IMG/VR virus record: IMGVR_UViG_2671180294_000017
Strand: one strand, 5' to 3'
Length of the DNA: 7,389 bases
Source: a virus
Lineage: Duplodnaviria > Heunggongvirae > Uroviricota > Caudoviricetes
Below the pieces are notes generated by a model. The model worked only from the letters and a program-made list of their open reading frames with translations. It ran no database searches and was not told where the DNA came from. A program made the position numbers and the translations under genes. Below are positions 1 to 7,389 of the stretch, one piece after another (position 1 is the first letter of the stretch; each line of letters begins with the position of its first letter).

Positions 1-651
1 TTATGATTCGCACCACCAAACACCNNNNNNNNNNNNNNNNNNNNNNNNNNNNNNNNNNNNNNNNNNNNNNGGCAAATGTCCAGATATGATAAAATCAATA
101 TTTTTATACGAATCAATAAAACTTTGGAAATGACCGTGGAGTAATTTATCATTTAAAGGATAGCTCGCTGGAAAATCCCTTAAAATACTATCAAACTGAT
201 CTCCAAAAATAAGAAGATTGATGTGAAAAGAATTAGGTAAAGTTTCAACTAATGAACGTACCCTCGCAAACGGTGTAAAGTGGAAGTAAGCGTTTAAAAA
301 GTCCACATCTGACTGTCTTTTTTTATCTGAAAATAATGTATTATCGGTTGCACCCTGTATATAAGCCTCATGTTCACTTTTGATTTGATGCAATTTTTCT
401 ACTGTATAAGTGAATGGATCTCTATCAACAAGAATATGATCATTTGCACAAAGCAGGATAAGATTTTCATAAGAATTGTCATTTGCTAACAGGTCATCGC
501 CCCTTGGTCCTTTTGGGCTTTTGGCTATTACATGAGCCATTTGTCCGATGTGAACCTGCTCTTTAAAAAGAGAAGTTCGGCAAATATTACATTGCCCAGC
601 GGATAGTCCATACAATTTTTTTATTGCTGCTGTAGTAATTGCATCACTCAT
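1..651 (-). CDS. HNH (His-Me finger) nuclease-domain protein, 216 aa; N-terminal HNH motif with an unrecognised C-terminal domain of roughly 130 aa
   Basis: ORF track. Translation carries the HNH arrangement near the N-terminus: CNIC, then HIGQMAHVIAKSPKGPRGDD, then NLILLCANDHILVD (Cys pair, catalytic His, Asn, second Cys/His pair). ATG at 649-651 is preceded on the minus strand by AAGGA 8 nt upstream. TAA stop at 1-3. About 15 codons near the C-terminus lie in the masked run 25-70. Confidence 0.8.
   Translation of the reverse strand: MSDAITTAAIKKLYGLSAGQCNICRTSLFKEQVHIGQMAHVIAKSPKGPRGDDLLANDNSYENLILLCANDHILVDRDPFTYTVEKLHQIKSEHEAYIQGATDNTLFSDKKRQSDVDFLNAYFHFTPFARVRSLVETLPNSFHINLLIFGDQFDSILRDFPASYPLNDKLLHGHFQSFIDSYKNIDFIISGHLXXXXXXXXXXXXXXXXGVWWCES
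25..70. other. Masked/undetermined bases (46 N) inside the 3' part of the HNH gene
   Basis: Run of n in the sequence. Confidence 1.
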
Positions 652-790
652 AAATCAAATCCTTAGATTGCTATTTTATTAACTCAAAACACATATTAAA
701 GGAAAAATCTTTCAGCTTCCACCAACCATAATCAATAGCACTTGCAAAAGTTGTCCTAATGGAACTTGGATCACAATAATTCCAAAAGCA

Positions 791-970
791 TCAAGTACTG
801 GTACTATGANNNNNNNNNNNNNNNNNNNNNNNTACTATGATCCAGTTATAGAGAATGATAAGGGTTAGTACAAAACCGAGGGCATTACGCCAGTGGAATG
901 TTACCTTTTCAATCTCTTCTTTATTCGTTTCAATCTGCCCTTCTACATTCGTTTTCTTTACTTCCTGTTC
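791..970 (-). CDS. Possible 3' end of a gene that starts inside the masked block; visible tail is EQEVKKTNVEGQIETNKEEIEKVTFHWRNALGFVLTLIILYNWIIV, acidic then a hydrophobic helix-like segment
   Basis: Hand translation of the minus-strand frame whose codons include 968-970: 46 consecutive sense codons across 833-970 with no stop, long for AT-rich DNA. If the 23-nt mask length is exact, the frame ends at TGA 791-793. No start codon is visible, so the ORF track could not list it. Frame choice across the mask is unverifiable. Confidence 0.25.
   Translation of the reverse strand, partial: EQEVKKTNVEGQIETNKEEIEKVTFHWRNALGFVLTLIILYNWIIVXXXXXXXXHSTST
810..832. other. Masked/undetermined bases (23 N)
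   Basis: Run of n; flanked on both sides by the same octamer tactatga (802-809 and 833-840). Confidence 1.
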
Positions 971-1573
971 NNNNNNNNNNNNNNNNNNNNNNNNNNNNNN
1001 NNNNNNNNNNNNNNNNNNNNNNNNNNNNNNNNNNNNNNNNNNNNNNNNNNNNNNNNNNNNNNNNNNNNNNNNNNNNNNNNNNNNNNNNNNNNNNNNNNNN
1101 NNNNNNNNNNNNNNNNNNNNNNNNNNNNNNNNNNNNNNNNNNNNNNNNNNNNNNNNNNNNNNNNNNNNNNNNNNNNNNNNNNNNNNNNNNNNNNNNNNNN
1201 NNNNNNNNNNNNNNNNNNNNNNNNNNNNNNNNNNNNNNNNNNNNNNNNNNNNNNNNNNNNNNNNNNNNNNNNNNNNNNNNNNNNNNNNNNNNNNNNNNNN
1301 NNNNNNNNNNNNNNNNNNNNNNNNNNNNNNNNNNNNNNNNNNNNNNNNNNNNNNNNNNNNNNNNNNNNNNNNNNNNNNNNNNNNNNNNNNNNNNNNNNNN
1401 NNNNNNNNNNNNNNNNNNNNNNNNNNNNNNNNNNNNNNNNNNNNNNNNNNNNNNNNNNNNNNNNNNNNNNNNNNNNNNNNNNNNNNNNNNNNNNNNNNNN
1501 NNNNNNNNNNNNNNNNNNNNNNNNNNNNNNNNNNNNNNNNNNNNNNNNNNNNNNNNNNNNNNNNNNNNNNNNN
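971..1573. other. Masked/undetermined bases (603 N); content unknown, flanked by coding sequence on both sides
   Basis: Run of n in the sequence. Confidence 1.
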
Positions 1574-2004
1574 TTCTTTGCGGTATCAATTAATCGTTCT
1601 TTACCATTCTTACCCTTCACTACCTTATATCGTTCACTTAAAAGATTCTTTTTCAGTCCTGAAATGTTGCCCTGCTTAGTTAATCTTGTAGATGAAGTAG
1701 GTATAAACTTATCAATTGCCTTTGGCTGTACCAGTACTTGATAAAGGTACTTAGCCTGAATATCTTTAACCATGATGGTCGATGTAACTGAATTTCTCCC
1801 AACCTTTCTATAGAAGAAAAGGATGGAACGTTGAGTAAAGCCCACTGCCCCACGGTCAACGCTATTATTCAAATCACCCTGCATTCTTTGGGATAGTAGC
1901 TTGGAACGTTTAATTATTTCATTCTGGAATTGATTATTTAATCTAACTCCCTGCGTTTGTATATAGTTCCTTATACTACCAATCCCATTTATTCCACTTG
2001 CCAT
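1574..2004 (-). CDS. Visible 5' part (143 codons) of a basic, Lys/Arg-rich hypothetical protein that continues into the masked block; possibly a nucleic-acid-binding protein or the DNA-binding half of a homing endonuclease
   Basis: ORF track entry 958..2004; only 1574..2004 is real sequence. ATG at 2002-2004 with GAGGT about 6 nt upstream. 143 stop-free codons. Translation MASGINGIGSIRNYIQTQGVRLNNQFQNEIIKRSKLLSQRMQ... is strongly basic. The true 3' end is hidden; the track's 958 end merely assumes the frame survives 603 N. Confidence 0.65.
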
Positions 2005-2013
2005 ATATTTACC

Positions 2014-2448
2014 TCAATTCAAGTACTCCAATAGTTCCTGTACTATTCCGAGTAGTCTTTTTTTATCCTTTGCATTTGGTGATCTAATCTTACTCATCAT
2101 TGCCAGATTCAAACATTCCGGTTTAAGCATCTGATGAAGGATCAGTATTGCCTCTACAATCATTACCTCTCGCATAGTTGCGAAGCACCATAGAATCGTT
2201 TTTGAGTACTGTTCACCATTTTCAATTTTGTTTTTAACGACATTGGAACTACTGAGGTACTCACGCCAGCCATTTTCCTTTGAAGTGGGCTTTAGCTTTC
2301 TCGCATCCTTAACCCGCTGATAGATTTGCTTAGCACCGACATAATTAGAACCATCCTCAAACTGAAAGATATAAACGAAACCAGCATATTCACCGGATAA
2401 CATTTCCTCCTCGCTCCAATCATCCGAGTATTTCCATTCACTCATCAT
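2014..2448 (-). CDS. GIY-YIG family nuclease-domain protein, 144 aa (catalytic domain only; homing-endonuclease-like)
   Basis: Translation contains GFVYIF, then after 9 residues YVGAKQIYQRVKDARK (the GIY...YIG pair plus the conserved downstream Arg), and later REVMIVEAILILHQMLKPECLN (the conserved Glu and Asn spacing seen in I-TevI and UvrC-type domains). AGGAA lies 6 nt upstream of the ATG at 2446-2448. TGA stop at 2014-2016. Confidence 0.8.
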   Translation of the reverse strand: MMSEWKYSDDWSEEEMLSGEYAGFVYIFQFEDGSNYVGAKQIYQRVKDARKLKPTSKENGWREYLSSSNVVKNKIENGEQYSKTILWCFATMREVMIVEAILILHQMLKPECLNLAMMSKIRSPNAKDKKRLLGIVQELLEYLN

Positions 2449-2484
2449 AAATATTCCTATAAATTCATTATAGGTATTTAGTAA
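2449..2484. promoter_or_regulatory. 36-bp divergent intergenic region with a 7-bp inverted repeat (cctataa 2456-2462 / ttatagg 2468-2474, 5-nt spacer), a minus-strand TATAAT (2467-2472) and a plus-strand TATAAAT (2458-2464)
   Basis: Read directly from the sequence. It is the only non-coding DNA between the divergently oriented GIY-YIG and lysozyme genes, so promoter and operator elements for both must overlap here or sit inside coding sequence. No -35 partner was identified. Confidence 0.3.
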
Positions 2485-2934
2485 ATGAGCGATTTAAAAA
2501 CACGATTAAAAGAATATGAAGGTACTAAAGAGTATCAGGCAAATTTGAAGTACTTCAGAAATGGGAAATTCTATCCATATGCTGATAGTTTAGGATGTAG
2601 TACTATTGTATATGGTCACTTAATTCAGGCGGGAGAAGATTTTAGTACTGGCATTACTGAAAGCGAAGCAGACAAGTTACTATCTCGCGATTTAGCCAAA
2701 ACAATTATGCAGGTACAGACATTAGGGTTAAATCTTCCCGATGACTGGAATGATTTTATTATTATCATGACCTTCCAGTTAGGTATTGGCGGGGTGAAGA
2801 AATTCCGTAAGATGTTAGCAGCCCTGAAAGCACATGATTACCTTGAAGCAATTAAACAGGCTAAGTGTTCTCTATGGTACAGGCAGACACCAAACCGTGT
2901 GAATTCCATGATTGCAGTACTTAAAAACAAATAA
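2485..2934 (+). CDS. Phage lysozyme (T4 e-type, glycoside hydrolase family 24), 149 aa; probable endolysin
   Basis: Translation aligns by eye with T4 lysozyme landmarks: LKEYEG (catalytic Glu), ADSLGCSTIVYGHLI (Asp/Thr and the GH motif), ITESEADKLLSRDL, MTFQLGIGGV, and SLWYRQTPNRV (compare T4 SRWYNQTPNR). No signal peptide or N-terminal hydrophobic segment. AGGT about 9 nt upstream of the ATG; TAA stop at 2932-2934. Confidence 0.92.
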   Translation: MSDLKTRLKEYEGTKEYQANLKYFRNGKFYPYADSLGCSTIVYGHLIQAGEDFSTGITESEADKLLSRDLAKTIMQVQTLGLNLPDDWNDFIIIMTFQLGIGGVKKFRKMLAALKAHDYLEAIKQAKCSLWYRQTPNRVNSMIAVLKNK

Positions 2935-2940
2935 AGAAAA

Positions 2941-2974
2941 GGCATAGTACGAATGACATACTATGCCTTTTTTT
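2941..2974. terminator. Bidirectional rho-independent terminator between the convergent lysozyme gene and the small membrane protein gene
   Basis: Perfect 9-bp stem ggcatagta (2941-2949) / tactatgcc (2959-2967) with a 9-nt loop, followed by TTTTTTT (2968-2974) on the plus strand. The A-rich stretch aaacaaataaagaaaa (2925-2940) gives a U-tract for the minus-strand transcript. Confidence 0.75.
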
Positions 2975-3245
2975 ATGGTCGTTGTTTCTGCTGAAGAATT
3001 GCAATAATCCTTTCAATCTTAACATCAAGTTCATGGATTTGTGTTTCCAGTTTACTTAGTGTATCTCTCATCTTATCCTGATCATCCTCAATACGGGAAA
3101 TACTACTTTCCAGTACAGCAATGGTAGTTTCAAGAGTAGCAACGCGAGTTAATAGATCATTCGTATCCTTTGTATTATCTCTAAAGATAGTATAAAGGAA
3201 TACGCATCCAGAAATAACAAGAGCTAAAATAGCACCGATATCCAT
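2973..3245 (-). CDS. Small single-pass membrane protein with a C-terminal coiled-coil, 90 aa; function unknown (candidate lysis-associated or superinfection-exclusion protein)
   Basis: ORF track. Residues 3-21 IGAILALVISGCVFLYTIF form one hydrophobic helix-length segment. The remainder, LLTRVATLETTIAVLESSISRIEDDQDKMRDTLSKLETQIHELDVKIERIIAILQ, is charged with heptad-like hydrophobic spacing. AAGGGA lies 7 nt upstream of the ATG at 3243-3245; TAA stop overlaps the terminator T-tract. Confidence 0.7.
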   Translation of the reverse strand: MDIGAILALVISGCVFLYTIFRDNTKDTNDLLTRVATLETTIAVLESSISRIEDDQDKMRDTLSKLETQIHELDVKIERIIAILQQKQRP

Positions 3246-3256
3246 ACTGAAATCCC

Positions 3257-3304
3257 TTTGTTGTTATTGTTATTGTTATTGTTATTGTTATTGTTATTGT
3301 TTTT
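3257..3304. repeat. Hexanucleotide microsatellite: six perfect tandem GTTATT units (3263-3298) with degenerate flanking units; AATAAC on the minus strand
   Basis: Read directly: ttg ttattg x6 tttttg. It fills the gap between the TAA stop of the 218-aa gene (3308-3310) and the ribosome-binding site and ATG of the 90-aa membrane protein gene. Confidence 0.9.
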
Positions 3305-3307
3305 GTA

Positions 3308-3964
3308 TTAATACCCTGTAAATGTCGCCAATGCTATCTGGATACCATTATTCCCCATTGCCTGGCGGTAGGTTTTCTGGTTCTTTGAAACGTACTGTAG
3401 ACTGAATGAAGTACTGGAATTACGCCTGATAACCAGACCAGAGTACCCAATTACTGTACCATCATCTGATATGTTCCCCGGACATTGTGACCAGCAGAAC
3501 CAGGGATCAGCTACTGGAGACGTTACCGTAATGGCAGTACTGAGATCGGTAGCCGCAGGTGCTGTCAAAAATCCCCTGATACGTGGCATTGTTGCCGCTG
3601 ATGCAGCAGACCAGATTAAAGTACCTTCTTCACTGAACACATCAAGAAAACCAGATGTGGGGGTAGCCGTGTGACTACTTGTCATGAACCTGCCCATGCC
3701 AGGCTGGAACATATAGGCACCAGGGAAACACCATGCCCCGTCTTTCTGTATCTGGAACCAGTACTGTGTTGTGTTCCTGTTAGCTACTACTGATGGCATA
3801 ACGAAACCGAGCGATCCACCATTACCGAAGGCACAGGTAAAGCCTGTGTAGTATCCCGTATCAGTTAGATTTCCCATGGCCTTTACTGCACCCGTCATTA
3901 TCGACTTGTTAGTACTATCTATAGTCAGTGCACCCGCTGAATTATATACCTCGAAACCTGCCAT
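3308..3964 (-). CDS. Hypothetical protein, 218 aa, Gly/Thr/Ser/aromatic-rich, no signal peptide; paralogous at its N-terminus to the upstream 98-aa protein; candidate tail-tip accessory or receptor-binding protein
   Basis: ORF track. Start ATG 3962-3964 lies 1 nt after the stop of the upstream gene. N-terminus MAGFEVYNSAGALTIDSTNKSIMTG matches the 98-aa protein's N-terminus, and a similar motif recurs at residues 105-120 (GFLDVFSEEGTLIWSA). TAA stop at 3308-3310. Confidence 0.75.
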   Translation of the reverse strand: MAGFEVYNSAGALTIDSTNKSIMTGAVKAMGNLTDTGYYTGFTCAFGNGGSLGFVMPSVVANRNTTQYWFQIQKDGAWCFPGAYMFQPGMGRFMTSSHTATPTSGFLDVFSEEGTLIWSAASAATMPRIRGFLTAPAATDLSTAITVTSPVADPWFCWSQCPGNISDDGTVIGYSGLVIRRNSSTSFSLQYVSKNQKTYRQAMGNNGIQIALATFTGY

Positions 3965-3965
3965 C

Positions 3966-4262
3966 TTACGCCGTCCACTTATATACGTTAAAAGTGTAGT
4001 TACCAGCTAACGGTGCATATGTTGGCAAATAAACCGCAGTAAATGACCCATTATTACAAAAGGCTGACCACTCATTAAAGGTATCACTGGCGGGGGCATA
4101 GTGTACAAACCAGCCTGTAGTTTTCATATTTGGTACTGATACAGTATAGGTCTGTGCAGAAGTAGCCTTGACAGTATAAGTACCCATAAAACGTATGTTA
4201 TAATCAGTCAGATCTACTACTAATACACCCGCTGCATTCCAACATTGTAATCCCTGTGCCAT
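3966..4262 (-). CDS. Hypothetical protein, 98 aa, no signal peptide; N-terminal domain paralogous to the 218-aa protein
   Basis: ORF track. AGGAG lies 8 nt upstream of the ATG at 4260-4262 (minus strand reads acaggagtaagagctATG). N-terminus MAQGLQCWNAAGVLVVDLTDYNIRFMG. TAA stop at 3966-3968. Confidence 0.7.
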   Translation of the reverse strand: MAQGLQCWNAAGVLVVDLTDYNIRFMGTYTVKATSAQTYTVSVPNMKTTGWFVHYAPASDTFNEWSAFCNNGSFTAVYLPTYAPLAGNYTFNVYKWTA

Positions 4263-4419
4263 AGCTCTTACTCCTGTAAATCCTTTTCTTCATTCCAATT
4301 GTTTCTTTTCCGCTAATACTGAATGGGTTAGTACTGGTACTATTGAAAGTACGTTCATTAGATTTCATTTATGTATCCTTTTGAAATGAGGTTACAGTTA
4401 ATAATCCCTGAATTATTTA

Positions 4420-7389
<2,970 letters not shown>

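Noticed and set aside
652-957. tRNA or other small RNA in the ~300-bp stretch between the HNH gene and the masked block
   Set aside because: No T-loop-like GTTCRANYC motif or acceptor-stem pairing could be found by eye, and part of the region is better explained as the 3' end of a coding frame. It cannot be excluded without a covariance-model search.
855-1741. Plus-strand ORFs 855..1679, 893..1741 and 898..1593, and minus-strand ORF 930..1589, from the ORF track
   Set aside because: Each consists almost entirely of X codons from the 603-nt N-run; only a few dozen real codons flank the mask. They are artefacts of translating masked bases and compete with a well-supported minus-strand ORF at 1574..2004.
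2014-2016. TGA recoding (for example genetic code 4) as the explanation for the in-frame TGA after the GIY-YIG domain
   Set aside because: The J-like gene runs for more than 980 codons without an in-frame TGA and uses TGG for Trp (for example 4423-4425), and the other genes are intact under the standard code. A reassigned TGA would be expected to appear frequently inside genes.
2973-3245. Lipoprotein interpretation of the 90-aa protein, from the lipobox-like ISGC at residues 11-14
   Set aside because: The N-terminal region has no positive charge (MD...) and the hydrophobic stretch continues well past the Cys (VFLYTIF), which fits a membrane-spanning helix rather than a cleaved lipoprotein signal peptide.
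3257-3304. The tandem repeat tract as a CRISPR array
   Set aside because: The unit is only 6 bp with no interspersed spacers. CRISPR repeats are about 24 to 48 bp, separated by unique spacers of similar length.
4204-4368. 54-codon minus-strand ORF (MKSNERTFNSTSTNPFSISGKETIGMKKRIYRSKSYGTGITMLECSGCISSRSD) starting in the J / 98-aa intergenic region, with AGGA 7 nt upstream
   Set aside because: It overlaps the first 20 codons and the strong AGGAG ribosome-binding site of the 98-aa gene in another frame, has no recognisable features, and is below the size where coding can be argued from sequence alone. Left as unsupported rather than disproved.

Overview
AT-rich 7.4 kb window, almost entirely coding on the minus strand, that reads as part of the tail/late region of a tailed dsDNA phage or prophage. 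From high to low coordinates on the minus strand: a large lambda-gpJ-like tail tip protein whose N-terminus lies beyond the window end; two small paralogous proteins of unknown function; a ~48 bp hexanucleotide microsatellite; a small single-pass membrane/coiled-coil protein; a bidirectional intrinsic terminator. A T4-type lysozyme sits alone on the plus strand. Left of it are a GIY-YIG nuclease, a basic ORF that runs into a 603-nt masked block, and an HNH nuclease. Three N-runs (25-70, 810-832, 971-1573) hide about 9% of the window and cannot be assessed. No rRNA, tRNA, CRISPR array, integrase or transposase was recognisable. All assignments come from motif-level reading of the translations and of the DNA; no database search, fold prediction or composition statistic was run. 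The most promising leads are the paralogous pair plus microsatellite-fronted membrane protein downstream of the tail tip gene, and the nuclease cluster with an in-frame TGA.
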